Below, in pieces: positions 9,320 to 19,388 of a stretch of 54,179 bases of DNA. This DNA comes from Dehalococcoidia bacterium. Its GTDB lineage: Bacteria; Chloroflexota; Dehalococcoidia; Lucifugimonadales; UBA3495. Under the pieces are notes generated by a model, which saw nothing but the letters and a program-made list of their open reading frames with translations, was not told the DNA's origin and did not search any database. Each line of letters begins with the position of its first letter. Position 1 is the stretch's first letter. The DNA is taken from contig JASLXV010000050.1 of NCBI GenBank assembly GCA_030740155.1, forward strand, positions 1 to 54,179, written 5' to 3'. Made by a program: the position numbers and the translations under genes.

Positions 9320-11406
9320 GCTCCACTCCTCAGGGTGATCGTATCCCATTCGGTCACGGTGGCGGACTGGCCCGGATACACCACGACGGTGGAGCTGGCC
9401 TCTTCCACGATGGCCGGCCCCCGGATGGCTGCGTCCAACGGCAGCTTGGTCCGGTCGTACACCGGGCAAAGGGTGAACCCGGTCTCCTTGAAGAACACCC
9501 TCCGTTCCGCGGCAAGGGCATCGTCCAGAGGTCCCTCCGGCCTGGCGACCGGCCGCACGACATAGCTTCGGGAGAGCCGGCCGATGGCGCTGACCCGCAG
9601 GTTCACCAGCTGTACCGCTTCCCCCGGGGCGTTGTACCCGTACACAGCGAGGTGCTGATCGTGGAACCGCTCGGCGATGGAAACCAGGCCATCGGCCTCC
9701 AACTCGGAGTGGTCGACGGGAACGGTAAGCTCGTAGGCCTGGGGGACCAGCCGGAGATCCATGGAGTGCCGGATTTCCCACCGTTCACGGTCGATTCCGG
9801 ACCGGGCCAGCATGTCTCCGGCCTCCCGCTCCATCTGGCGGTAAGCTTCCTGTATCCGGGTCAAGACGTCCCGGTCAAGGGGGGCGAACAGGGTCCGGAC
9901 GTAGTCCTGTTTCAGATCGCTGGAGACGAGGCCGACGGCGGAGAAGACACCCGGATTAGGAGGAATAACTACAGTGGCGATGTCCAGTTCCTCCGCCAGC
10001 CGGCCGGCGTGCACTGGCCCAGCGCCCCCGAAAGCCACCAGCGTCAGGGACCGGGGGTCGTAGCCACGCTCGACGGAGATCATCCGGATGGCGTTGGCCA
10101 TGCTGGAGTTCACGATGTCCACGATCCCCTGCGCGGCGCCCACGGTGTCCAACCCGAGGCGGCCGCCCACCCGGCGCTGAATGGCTTCCGCCGCTCGGTC
10201 CGGAGAGAGGGCCAGCTCGCCGCCCAACAGGTGCTGGGCGTTGAGATAACCCAGGATGACATCGGCGTCGGTCACCGTCGGCTCCTGCCCGCCGCCGCCG
10301 TAGCAGGCAGGCCCCGGCGCCGCTCCGGCGCTCCGCGGTCCAACCCGCAGCCCACCTCCGTCGTCGACCCAGGCTATGCTTCCCCCGCCGGCGCTGACCT
10401 CGGAAAGGTCAACAACCGGGACCTTGATGGGATGGCCGGTGCCCTGGAGCCAGCGCCGCAGGTTGCCGCCGCCCCCGACCTCGTACTCCGTCGTGACGCT
10501 GACCTGCCCGTCGTCGATCAGGCTGGCCTTGGCGGTGGTGCCGCCCATGTCAAAGGAGACCAGGCGGGAGAGAGACAGCGCGTTTCCCAGGGCGGCGGTG
10601 GCGATCACTCCGGCGGCAGGGCCTGATTCCACGAACATCGCCGGCATCCGGAGACCCTCATCGACGGTGGAAACGCCACCCCCGGAGCCCATGAGGTAGA
10701 GAGGAGGGTAGGCGTCCTGCTCCAGGAACTGGGTCAGCCGGCTCAGGTACCCTTCCAGCACGGGCGCCACGTAGGCGCAAACCGCAGTGGTGCTGGTGCG
10801 TTCGTACTCCCGAACCTCCGGCAAGACCTCGCTGGACAGGAACACCCGCACGTCCGGCAGGCTGCGGCGGACCGCTTCGCCGACGGCCCGCTCGTGCTCG
10901 GGATTGAGGAACGAGAACAGCAGGCAGACGGCCACCGCCTGGACCCGGTGGCTCTTCAGGAAGGCGATGATTTCCGAGAGTTCATCCTCGGCCAGAGGGG
11001 TACGGACCTGCCCCAGGGCATCCACCCGCTCGGACACCTCCAGCCGCAAATGGCGTGGAATGAGCGTCGCTGGAGGCGGCTGGAACATGTTGTAGAGTTC
11101 GGCCCGGGCCTGCCGGCGGATCTCCAGCACGTCGCGAAAACCCTGGGTGGTTATCAGGGCCGCCCGCGCCCCCTTGGACTCCAGGATGGCGTTGGTCACC
11201 ACCGTGGTGGCGTGAGAGAGGAAGGAAATGGCGCCGGCGGAAACGTCCTGGCCGGCGGCCAGGGCCTTGAGGGCCTCGATCACGCCGGCCGCATAGTCCC
11301 CGGGGGTGGAGGCCACCTTCAGGACGCCGGTCTCCGCCGTCGCCTCGTCGACGAAGGCCAGGTCGGTGAACGTCCCCCCGATGTCTATGCCCACGCGTAT
11401 TCCCAT
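9316..11406 (-). CDS. hyuA: Hydantoinase A/5-oxoprolinase subunit A family protein
   Basis: GIDIGGTFTD, HATTVVTN, EYERTSTT, ESGPAAG, DMGGTTAK, AGGGSIA, FGGAGPVH. Confidence 0.93.
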   Translation of the reverse strand: MGIRVGIDIGGTFTDLAFVDEATAETGVLKVASTPGDYAAGVIEALKALAAGQDVSAGAISFLSHATTVVTNAILESKGARAALITTQGFRDVLEIRRQARAELYNMFQPPPATLIPRHLRLEVSERVDALGQVRTPLAEDELSEIIAFLKSHRVQAVAVCLLFSFLNPEHERAVGEAVRRSLPDVRVFLSSEVLPEVREYERTSTTAVCAYVAPVLEGYLSRLTQFLEQDAYPPLYLMGSGGGVSTVDEGLRMPAMFVESGPAAGVIATAALGNALSLSRLVSFDMGGTTAKASLIDDGQVSVTTEYEVGGGGNLRRWLQGTGHPIKVPVVDLSEVSAGGGSIAWVDDGGGLRVGPRSAGAAPGPACYGGGGQEPTVTDADVILGYLNAQHLLGGELALSPDRAAEAIQRRVGGRLGLDTVGAAQGIVDIVNSSMANAIRMISVERGYDPRSLTLVAFGGAGPVHAGRLAEELDIATVVIPPNPGVFSAVGLVSSDLKQDYVRTLFAPLDRDVLTRIQEAYRQMEREAGDMLARSGIDRERWEIRHSMDLRLVPQAYELTVPVDHSELEADGLVSIAERFHDQHLAVYGYNAPGEAVQLVNLRVSAIGRLSRSYVVRPVARPEGPLDDALAAERRVFFKETGFTLCPVYDRTKLPLDAAIRGPAIVEEASSTVVVYPGQSATVTEWDTITLRSGA

Positions 11407-11478
11407 AGGGGCTGCCTCCTGGAACAACGGGATTTTCACCGGCCGGGCAGGCCGTGATGGGCGGCCGCGGACTCCGAG

Positions 11479-12000
11479 CTAGAGCAGGTTCTGCTCCAAC
11501 TCTTCTGCCGCCTTGGCCCCTTTCTCGGCCTCTACCTCGTCAGGCTCGCCGGACCGGTTTTGAGGGTACACGTAGATGCGGAGGTCCGGCATCCCCAAAG
11601 CGGCGGCCTGGGCGTGGGCCGCCCGCTCGAAAACGTCGTGTACGTAGACCAGGGTAGGATGGCCGGTACTCAAGAGTGCGATCCCGTCGCGCACGGCGGC
11701 GGAGGTGCAGGACCCTCAAGCCCCAACCCCAACCAGGGCATAATCCGATTCCCGAACCACCCGGTCGATTTCCTCTTGGGCCGCCGGCGTGGTGTGGCTC
11801 GGCTTGTATACCTTCACGGTACCGGAAGGCTCGAGGGAACTCTCCACGTTCTCCTCCAGGTGCTTCCAGAACACGTTAGACGAGATGTGCTGGTTGAATA
11901 CGTAGCCGACGGCCTTGCCTTTGAGCGTGTCCAGAACAATCTCCTCGGCCCGCTCGGGCAGAGCGATATCTCCTACTGGGTCGAACAGTCGCATACTCAT
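11479..12000 (-). CDS. UGSC-family selenoprotein, copy 1 (in-frame TGA = Sec at 11718-11716, ~173 aa)
   Basis: ORFs 11716-12009 and 11479-11694 are in the same frame and are joined by TGA, giving VGVGA-U-GSCTSAAVRDG...GHP. Homologous to copies 2 and 3 on both sides of the TGA. Confidence 0.85.
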
Positions 12001-12030
12001 GGCTCTCATCTCGCGTCCTGGGAAAACGGA

Positions 12031-13104
12031 TCAGGCGTTGGGAAAACGGACGGCTTTGCTCTGGGTCAGGCCTCCGTGGCTACCCCAGCCGGGGAAAAGG
12101 GACGCAAACCCTCCTCCCGAACCCCAACCTCCGGTGGTGAGGATGACCAGGTTCTCCGGTTTCCGGATGAAGGGTACCAGAGCGTCATCGTCGTCGGGAT
12201 CAGCTAGCTTGTTCCAGTGGTGCGGGCTGACTTCCGCTATGTTCCGTTTGCGCCTCATGTCGTGGACCGGGCGCAGGGCCAGCTGCATTAGCTCTCGGAC
12301 CACTTCCTGCTTACTGAGACCGCTTTCGGCCAAGTTTTGGGACACCAACGGACTGAGGGCCAGAATCATGTGCCCGCCGGTCACGTTGTTGCTGCCCAGA
12401 GTTGTTATGGCGTCGGCCAGGACGAAGAGCACGTCCTCGGCAGGGCTGTATCCGGCGCCCGTGCCGATGGAGTGGGGCCCCTCCACGGCGGTCACCGTGA
12501 CCACCGTCTCGTCCACGCTAAACCCTCGCCCAACGTGGAGCGGCTCCCAGGGGTTGACGTCCTGGTTCTCAGCGATGCAGAAGCTGTAATAGCCGGGGTG
12601 GCCGTGGGTGGTCTTGCACGGCTCGCCGGGCAGACCGCCCCCGATGTTCCAGAGGATGAGACGCACCGCCCGCCCGATCGTCGCGTTGGCCCGGGAGCCA
12701 TGGCCCAGCGCCCCCTCCGTGGTGTTGAAGTCCAGCTTCTTCACCGCCGGACCGCTCACGATAACCAGCGGGGCGCAGCAATGGGTTGTCGTCTGCACGC
12801 CGTTCAGGTTGAAGGGCTCCTCCAGCATCGCCTCCAGGGCGGCGATGACGATGGGAACGTACTCCACCAGGCAGCCGGCCATGACGCAGTTGATGGCGAT
12901 CTTCTCGATGGTAGCGATGCCGTTTCGAGGGGTGACGATGCCCACCACTTCTTTGGGGTCTCGGCCCAGGTAGCCGATGATCCGTTCGATCGCTTCCTGG
13001 GTGGGAGGCACCACCGGGAGCCCGTCGGTCCAGCCCTGTTGGTAGCAGAATTCCACCGCCGCCGCTGCGTCCGGCACATCGAATGTTCTCGATCCCAGTT
13101 GCAA
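12031..13104 (-). CDS. Uncharacterised UGSC-partner protein (WTDGLPVVPPT family), copy 1
   Basis: WTDGLPVVPPT, EKIAINCVMAGC, RANATIGRAVRL, YSFCIAEN...PWEP. Paralog of 21410-22480 and 52186-53235. TTG start after a GAAGGGGG RBS. Confidence 0.88.
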   Translation of the reverse strand: MQLGSRTFDVPDAAAAVEFCYQQGWTDGLPVVPPTQEAIERIIGYLGRDPKEVVGIVTPRNGIATIEKIAINCVMAGCLVEYVPIVIAALEAMLEEPFNLNGVQTTTHCCAPLVIVSGPAVKKLDFNTTEGALGHGSRANATIGRAVRLILWNIGGGLPGEPCKTTHGHPGYYSFCIAENQDVNPWEPLHVGRGFSVDETVVTVTAVEGPHSIGTGAGYSPAEDVLFVLADAITTLGSNNVTGGHMILALSPLVSQNLAESGLSKQEVVRELMQLALRPVHDMRRKRNIAEVSPHHWNKLADPDDDDALVPFIRKPENLVILTTGGWGSGGGFASLFPGWGSHGGLTQSKAVRFPNA

Positions 13105-13212
13105 GCCAACCCCCTTCTGCCAGCTAGAACGGCGGATAGCCCGGACTTGGGTTCCCCGGTGTTCCCCTCACCAAGCCGCCGGGTCCAAGCAGGTACCTCT
13201 TGGATAAGAGCC

Positions 13213-13241
13213 ATCCTAGTGTCACCCAGGAATGCTGTCAA
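13213..13241 (-). promoter_or_regulatory. Sigma70-type promoter for the partner-UGSC-hyuAB operon
   Basis: Minus strand TTGACA-N17-TAGGAT about 110 nt upstream of the 13104 start. Confidence 0.55.
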
Positions 13242-13625
13242 CCATCTCGTCAAGCTCGCAGGGCCGTCCTCCGGTGTCGTCAGCTAGCCCGCGTGGACAA
13301 AGGTTACGTCTTACACCACAAATACACCGCCGGGAGCAAAGTTGCAGCTAAACACGACATAAGACGAACCCACCTGCCGGGTGGCCCAGCTCTCCTGCCG
13401 CGACAATCGGCGTCACCGCTTCCTGCCGCGAGGGCTCGCTGCCCACCGTGGGGCGCCGAGTCCCCTACGGCGCGCTTATAGTCGAACCCGCCAGCCTGTG
13501 CGATAATGTATGCAGTACAAAACAGCGTCCCTCGCCAACCCGAGGGGCAAATTTCCTCTCCAAATCGCCAGGCCCGCCCGGCGGGCAGCTTCAGCTACCG
13601 CGAGTGGGCGGGCAAAGGCCGGCAC

Positions 13626-13871
13626 ATGGAACTGACAGTGAGGTTTTTCGCGTTGTACCGGGAGCGGGCCGGCCGCAGCTCCTTCCCGTTGCAGCTCCCC
13701 GAGGGAGCAACGGTGGCGGACCTGACCGCGGAGGTCCGCCGGCATTTCCCCAAGCTGGCCCCACCGCAAGTGCAGATCGTGGTGGCGGTCAACGCCGACT
13801 ACGCCGGGCCGGAGGCGGCCCTGCACGAGGGCGACGACGTTTGCCTGATACCCCCGGTCAGCGGAGGATAG
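13626..13871 (+). CDS. moaD: Molybdopterin synthase sulfur carrier subunit
   Basis: MELTVRFFALYRE...VAVN...LIPPVSGG C-terminal Gly-Gly, immediately followed by moaE. Confidence 0.92.
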   Translation: MELTVRFFALYRERAGRSSFPLQLPEGATVADLTAEVRRHFPKLAPPQVQIVVAVNADYAGPEAALHEGDDVCLIPPVSGG

Positions 13872-13872
13872 C

Positions 13873-14334
13873 GTGACAGTCGAGCTTACCCACCGACCAC
13901 TGGATCCGGAGCGAATCACCGCCCAAGTGCGGCGGGACACCAACGGTGCGGTGGTGACATTCCTGGGCACCACCCGCGACAGCTTCGAGGGCAAGTGGGT
14001 GGTCAAGCTGGAGTATGAAGCCTTCGAAGAGATGGCGCTGAAGAAGCTGGAAGAGGTCCGCCGGGACATTCAGGCCCAGTACGAAATCGAGGACATCGCC
14101 ATCGCCCACCGCATCGGGACGGTGCCCATCGGCCAGATCAGCCTGGTAATCGCCGTCGCCTCTCCCCACCGGGAGAAGGCCTTCTTGGCCTGCCACAAAG
14201 CGGTGGACCAGCTCAAGGCGACAGTCCCAATCTGGAAGAAAGAGGTCTTCGAGGACGGCTCCCGCTGGGTGGCCTGCGAGGACCACGAGTTTCAACCGGC
14301 GGAGACGGCCGACCGCCACGCCCACGACGGGTAG
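13873..14334 (+). CDS. moaE: Molybdopterin synthase catalytic subunit
   Basis: GAVVTFLGTTR, LEYEAF, HRIG, SPHR, LKATVPIWKKE. Confidence 0.95.
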   Translation: MTVELTHRPLDPERITAQVRRDTNGAVVTFLGTTRDSFEGKWVVKLEYEAFEEMALKKLEEVRRDIQAQYEIEDIAIAHRIGTVPIGQISLVIAVASPHREKAFLACHKAVDQLKATVPIWKKEVFEDGSRWVACEDHEFQPAETADRHAHDG

Positions 14335-14685
14335 CGGGGCCCCTGCCAGAGGTCTCTGCGCCGCCCTACACCCCACTCTACCAACGCATGATTATTCGCG
14401 CCATTTCGTCGACCTGCTGAGAATCACTCCTGTTGTAGAGCGTAGGGGTTTTGCCCACTTCCATCACTACCTCCACCCCTAGGCGCCTGCCCTCGGGCGA
14501 CCCTTCGGGACGAACACTAACCACCATTGCTTCGTTCACTAGACAGACGGTTTACCCTGAGGAACCACAGGAACACAGGAAGATGCGCTCGCAATACGAT
14601 TAGGCTCACGAGCGGTTCTGAGCTTCCCGCGAAACATTGGCAATGCCACCTGGTCCCGAGCCCTGCGGGCGGTCCAGGAATTCGA

Positions 14686-16125
14686 TCAGTCTGGCTCCTG
14701 AGCAGGTTCTTCGGTGGGTTCCACGTTTGGCCGGCCCCTCCCCCCGCCCAGCGCGGCCCGCAGGGCTTCTCTCAGGGTCCGGACCGGGGACAACTTCACT
14801 TCCGGCGGCGCCGTAAGCCCGTCCAGGCCCGTCGCCGGCAAGACACAGCGGGACAGGCCCAGGCGCGCGGCCTCCGCGATCCGCCGCGCCATTTGGGGCA
14901 CGGCCCGCAGCTCGCCGCTGAGGCCCACTTCGCCGAAGGCCACCAGTTCCGGGTCCACGGCCCGGTTGTACAGGCTGGAGGCGATGGCCAGCACCACCGC
15001 CAGGTCGGCGGCGGGCTCGCCGACCCGGAACCCGCCCGCCACGCTTACGATGATGTCCTGGCCGGCCAGCTCCAACCCGGCCCGCCGGCCGGCCACCGCC
15101 GTCAGCATCAGCAGCCGGTTGTGGTCCACGCCGTTGGCCACCCTACGGGGTATGGGCAACTGGCTGGGAGAGGTTAAGGCCTGGACCTCCAGCATCAGCG
15201 GACGGCTGCCTTCCAGCACCGGCACCAGCGCGGCGCCAACCGCCCGGTCGTACCGTTGGGAAAGAAGGGTTCGGGAGGGGTCCGGGACCTCGGCCAGCCC
15301 CTGGCCCGTCATTTCGAAGACTCCAACCTCGGTGGTGGGGCCGAACCGGTTCTTCTCACTGCGCAGCACCCGGTAAGTGCTGAAGTCCTGGGACTCCAGG
15401 TAGGTGACCACGTCCACCATGTGCTCCAGCACCCGGGGTCCGGCGAGCGTGCCATCCTTGGTCACGTGCCCGGCAAGAAACACCGGCACGTGGCGCATCT
15501 TGGCCCAGCGCATCAACCGCAAGCCGGCCTCCCGCACCTGGACCACACTTCCCGGACCCGAGGGTACGTCCTGACTGTACAAGGTCTGAATGGAATCGAC
15601 GATGGCCAGGGCGGGCCGGCGCTCCTCCAGCCGGTTCACCACCTGGCCCACGTCGGTTTCCGCGAGGAGGAAAACCCCCTCGCCGTCGAAGCCCAGGCGC
15701 TCGGACCTCAGCTTGATCTGCTGGGGAGATTCCTCGCCGCTGACGTAAAGTACGCTCTCGCCACTGGAGGACATGAATTGGGCTATTTGGAGGAGAAGCG
15801 TGGACTTGCCGACCCCGGGTTCCCCGGCCAGCAGCACCACCGAGCCGGGCACCAGGCCCCCGCCCAACACCCGGTTGAGTTCTTGAGAGGGAAACTCGAT
15901 ACGAGCCTGGCCGTCCAAGCTGAGCTGGGATAGCTCCTGAACGGGCTCAGTCTCGGTGGCCACCCACCCGGGCCGGCCCGGTTTGGTCACCGCGGCCTCG
16001 GCTTCCACGAGAGGAAGGGTCGAGTTGCAGGAAGGGGCCGGGCAAAACCCCATCCATCTGGGGCTTTCGTGGCCGCATTCCTGGCAAAAGAAGATGGTGT
16101 GTTGACGGCTTCGGGAGCGGCTCAC
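14686..16125 (-). CDS. radA: DNA repair protein RadA/Sms
   Basis: N-terminal C4 zinc finger, Walker A GEPGVGKS, IVDSIQT, KNRFG motif, Lon-like C-terminus. Confidence 0.96.
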   Translation of the reverse strand: MSRSRSRQHTIFFCQECGHESPRWMGFCPAPSCNSTLPLVEAEAAVTKPGRPGWVATETEPVQELSQLSLDGQARIEFPSQELNRVLGGGLVPGSVVLLAGEPGVGKSTLLLQIAQFMSSSGESVLYVSGEESPQQIKLRSERLGFDGEGVFLLAETDVGQVVNRLEERRPALAIVDSIQTLYSQDVPSGPGSVVQVREAGLRLMRWAKMRHVPVFLAGHVTKDGTLAGPRVLEHMVDVVTYLESQDFSTYRVLRSEKNRFGPTTEVGVFEMTGQGLAEVPDPSRTLLSQRYDRAVGAALVPVLEGSRPLMLEVQALTSPSQLPIPRRVANGVDHNRLLMLTAVAGRRAGLELAGQDIIVSVAGGFRVGEPAADLAVVLAIASSLYNRAVDPELVAFGEVGLSGELRAVPQMARRIAEAARLGLSRCVLPATGLDGLTAPPEVKLSPVRTLREALRAALGGGRGRPNVEPTEEPAQEPD

Positions 16126-16163
16126 CCGTGGCCTCCCTGGTCAGGCTGGGCCAAGTATAACAG

Positions 16164-16193
16164 CAGAAGGCCCCGCCACGGCGGGGCCTTCTG
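16164..16193 (-). terminator. Hairpin (probable terminator) downstream of clpC
   Basis: Perfect 13-bp stem CAGAAGGCCCCGC/GCGGGGCCTTCTG with a 4-nt loop, ~36 nt after the clpC stop. Weak U-tract. Confidence 0.55.
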
Positions 16194-16229
16194 TCAGTGC
16201 AAACAGTGCAAACCTGTGGGCGTTGAAGC

Positions 16230-18698
16230 CTACGGTTTTGCCACGGGAACGACGGCCGCCTTAGCGTGGACCACGATCTTGCCATCTTCCAGGTCCACCA
16301 TGGCGGTATCACCGGCGTTCAGCCGCCCGCCCAGGATCTCGTCGGAGAGGGTATCTTCGACTTCGTTCTGGATGAGGCGGCGCAGGGGCCTGGCCCCCAA
16401 CACCGGGTCATAGCCCTTCTCGCCCAGGTAATCCCGAGCGGCATCCGTCAACTCCATCTCCACCCGCTTCTCCTTCAACTCCTCACGGACCTGGTCTATC
16501 ATCAGATCGACGATGGCCAGGATCTCCGAGCGGCTTAGCGCATGGAAGACGACGGTGGCGTCGATACGGTTGAGGAACTCCGGCCGGAAGAAGCGCTTGA
16601 CTTCGTCCATTACCTTGTCCTTCATCCGCAGGTAGGAGCTTTCCTCGGTCTGGGCTTCGTCCGCCTTGATGCTGAAGCCCATGGCGGTCTCCCGCTTGAT
16701 CAGGTCAGACCCCAAGTTACTGGTCATGACCAGGATGGAGTTACGGAAATCAACCCGCCGTCCCCGGGCGTCGGTCAGTTGTCCGGCGTCGAAGATCTGG
16801 AGCAGGATGTTGAACACCTCCGGGTGGGCCTTCTCGATCTCGTCCAGTAGGATGGCGCAGTAGTTCTTCCGGCGCACCCCTTCGGTCAGTTGCCCGCCTT
16901 CGTCGTAGCCCACGTATCCGGGGGGCGCTCCAATCAGCCGGGCCACCGTATGACGCTCCTGGAACTCGGACATGTCCAGGCGAATCATGTTATCTTCGTT
17001 GCCAAACATGAACTCCGACAGGGCGCGGACCAACTCGGTTTTGCCGACGCCCGTCGGGCCAAGGAACATGAACACGCCGATGGGCCGCCGCGGGTCCTTG
17101 AGCCCCGCCCTGGCGCGGCGAACCGACTTGGATATGTTGAGGATGGCCTCGTCCTGACCGATGATCCGCTTGTGGATCTCCTCCTCCATGCGAAGGAGCC
17201 GGTCCGTCTCTTCCTGGGCCAGCCGGGTCACCGGAATCCCGGTCCACATGCTGACCACCTCGGCGATATCCTCCTCGGAGACGATCTGGCGCTCTTTACC
17301 TTTGCCTTCTTGCCACTCTTTTTCCAGCGTGTCGAGGTCGTCATTGGCGTGCAGTTCTTTGTCGCGCAACTCCGCGGCAGCTTCGTATTGCTGGGACGCG
17401 ATGGCCTCGTCTTTCTCCTTGCGTACCTGCTCCAGCACCTGCATCGCATCCTTCAATGCCACGGGAGTGACGCTGCCCCGCAGGCGTACGCGGGAGCCGG
17501 CCTCGTCTATCAAGTCGATCGCTTTGTCGGGCAGGAACCGGTCCGCGATGAAGCGGGCCGCCAACGACGCCGCACTCCTGATGGCTTCGTCGGTTATGTC
17601 AACCTGGTGATGCTCTTCATACCGGCTTCTGACACCCATCAGAATCTGTACCGTTTCATCCTGAGAGGGCTCGTCCACCCGAACCGGCTGCAGCCGGCGC
17701 TCCAGGGCCGGGTCTCTTTCGACATACTTGCGGTAGTCGTCGAGGGTGGTGGCGCCGATGCACTGGAGTTCACCCCGAGCCAGGGAAGGCTTCAAGATGT
17801 TGGAAGCGTCCACCGCGCCCTCGGCGGCCCCGGCGCCAACGATGGTGTGTATCTCGTCGATGAACAGGACGCAGTTGCCTGAGCCTTTGATCTCCTCGAT
17901 TACTTTCTTGAGGCGCTCTTCGAACTCTCCGCGGTATTTGGTACCCGCCACCAGGGCGCCCATATCCAGGGTGACCAGGCGCTTGCCCTGAAGAGTATCG
18001 GGCACCTCACCTGTGCCGATCCGCTGAGCTAATGCTTCGACGATGGCGGTCTTGCCGACACCGGGCTCTCCGACCAGTACCGGGTTGTTCTTGGTCCTCC
18101 GGCTGAGTATCTGGATGACCCGCTGGATTTCCTGCTCGCGGCCAATGACCGGGTCCAGCTTGTCGGCCCGGGCCGCCACCGTCAGGTCCACCCCAAGTTG
18201 ATCCAGGGTTGGCGTGCGGGTGCTGCTGCGCGCCCCGGTTCCACCGCTGCTGGCGCTGTGACTCAGGATACGGTGGGTTTCGGCCCGAACCTTGTCGAGG
18301 GTGACTCCGAGGCTTTCCAGAACGCCAGCGGCCACGCCCTCGCCCTCCCGCAACAAGCCAATGAGCAGGTGTTCGGTGCCGATGTAGGTGTGGTTCATGC
18401 GGCGGGCTTCGTCGACGGCCAACTCCACCACTTTCTTGGCTCGTGGCGTCAGTCCGATCTCACCTTGGGTCGGTTTCTCGCCGCGCCCGATGATGAACTC
18501 CACCGCGGACTGGACCTTGCTCAGGTCCACTGCCAGGCTGGAGAGGACGCGCGCCGCTACGCCTTCGGTTTCGCGCACCAAGCCCAGTAGAATGTGCTCG
18601 GTTCCAATGTAGTTATGGTTAAAACGCTGGGCTTCTTCTTGGGCCAGCGATAGGACCCGTCTCGCTCGTTCGGAGAACTTTTCGAATCTGCTTCCCAT
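16230..18698 (-). CDS. clpC: ATP-dependent Clp protease ATP-binding subunit ClpC
   Basis: Two Clp-N repeats, two AAA+ modules ([16 protein letters not shown]), UVR middle domain, GARPLRR. Confidence 0.97.
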   Translation of the reverse strand: MGSRFEKFSERARRVLSLAQEEAQRFNHNYIGTEHILLGLVRETEGVAARVLSSLAVDLSKVQSAVEFIIGRGEKPTQGEIGLTPRAKKVVELAVDEARRMNHTYIGTEHLLIGLLREGEGVAAGVLESLGVTLDKVRAETHRILSHSASSGGTGARSSTRTPTLDQLGVDLTVAARADKLDPVIGREQEIQRVIQILSRRTKNNPVLVGEPGVGKTAIVEALAQRIGTGEVPDTLQGKRLVTLDMGALVAGTKYRGEFEERLKKVIEEIKGSGNCVLFIDEIHTIVGAGAAEGAVDASNILKPSLARGELQCIGATTLDDYRKYVERDPALERRLQPVRVDEPSQDETVQILMGVRSRYEEHHQVDITDEAIRSAASLAARFIADRFLPDKAIDLIDEAGSRVRLRGSVTPVALKDAMQVLEQVRKEKDEAIASQQYEAAAELRDKELHANDDLDTLEKEWQEGKGKERQIVSEEDIAEVVSMWTGIPVTRLAQEETDRLLRMEEEIHKRIIGQDEAILNISKSVRRARAGLKDPRRPIGVFMFLGPTGVGKTELVRALSEFMFGNEDNMIRLDMSEFQERHTVARLIGAPPGYVGYDEGGQLTEGVRRKNYCAILLDEIEKAHPEVFNILLQIFDAGQLTDARGRRVDFRNSILVMTSNLGSDLIKRETAMGFSIKADEAQTEESSYLRMKDKVMDEVKRFFRPEFLNRIDATVVFHALSRSEILAIVDLMIDQVREELKEKRVEMELTDAARDYLGEKGYDPVLGARPLRRLIQNEVEDTLSDEILGGRLNAGDTAMVDLEDGKIVVHAKAAVVPVAKP

Positions 18699-19083
18699 GT
18701 TACCGCTCCTGGTGGGTGAAGGTGAGGGCTTCTCGTCCGTCTGAGCGTCTCTGGGCTAAGTTGCATTCCCCGGGCAATTACATCAATCGGTCCCCCGGGT
18801 CCGTGCGCCCCCATCCTCGTCTGCTCTTCCACCGCCCCACCCAGGGGTGTCTACTTGCCCACGAAACCGTCTAGTCATACCCAATTATAGGCGACGCTTC
18901 AATCTATGTAAAGGCGCTCTGGGTGTGATAGATGCCAGTAATGTCACGACTCGGCCTCGCCTGGATTCCTGCCTTTTCGCCGGTTGGCGGCGGGGCGCCG
19001 GGAGGGGTTCCCGGCCGGCCGGAGTCCATGATGATGCAGCAAGGTGAGGTTGAGTAGCGTGGTGGTGCAGAAATTGAAAATGC

Positions 19084-19203
19084 CTCCCGGCGGTGACCTA
19101 TTTTCCCGCCCCGTTACCAAGGAAGTATCGTCGGCGCTGAGGCGTTTCACTACCGTGTTCGGGATGGGAACGGGTGGGACCGCCTCGCTAGAACCACCAG
19201 GAA
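19084..19203 (-). rRNA. rrf: 5S ribosomal RNA
   Basis: Reverse complement TTCCTGGTGG...CCCACCCGTTCCCATCCCGAACACGGTAGTGAAACG...AGCGCCGACGATACT...GGGAAAATAGGTCACCGCCGGGAG: canonical 5S motifs, paired termini, ~120 nt. Confidence 0.97.
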
Positions 19204-19217
19204 GCTATTTCCCTACC

Positions 19218-19246
19218 AGTATGAACTAATTCTCACAACCCTGCAA
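19218..19246 (-). promoter_or_regulatory. Sigma70-type promoter for the stand-alone 5S rRNA
   Basis: Minus strand TTGCAG-N17-CATACT ending ~15 nt before the 5S 5' end. Confidence 0.6.
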
Positions 19247-19320
19247 GGGGCCGTGAGGAATCTATCGATTGTCACGTTATTGTTGCAGCTCCCGCCGTCA
19301 GAGGACAAATGCCCGCTCTG

Positions 19321-19350
19321 TTGACTTTCCTGCGCAATTCCTGCTAAATT
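19321..19350 (+). promoter_or_regulatory. Promoter for guaB
   Basis: TTGACT-N18-TAAATT with an extended -10 TG, ~40 nt before the ATG. Confidence 0.5.
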
Positions 19351-19388
19351 CAACTTCAAATTATCGCCTTAGCCCGAGGTAAACAGGG

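Noticed and set aside
11479..11694. ORF-track fragments 11479-11694, 11716-12009, 20813-21112, 51571-51885 and 51928-52152 as separate small genes or nonsense pseudogenes
   Set aside because: The TGA is at the same aligned position in three diverged paralogs within a UxxC motif. Independent nonsense mutations there are implausible, so they were merged as selenoproteins.
13290..13625. Moco riboswitch or other ncRNA upstream of moaD (an inverted repeat GGTTACGTCTTA/TAAGACGAACC is present)
   Set aside because: I could not match the conserved Moco RNA features by eye. An Rfam scan would be needed.
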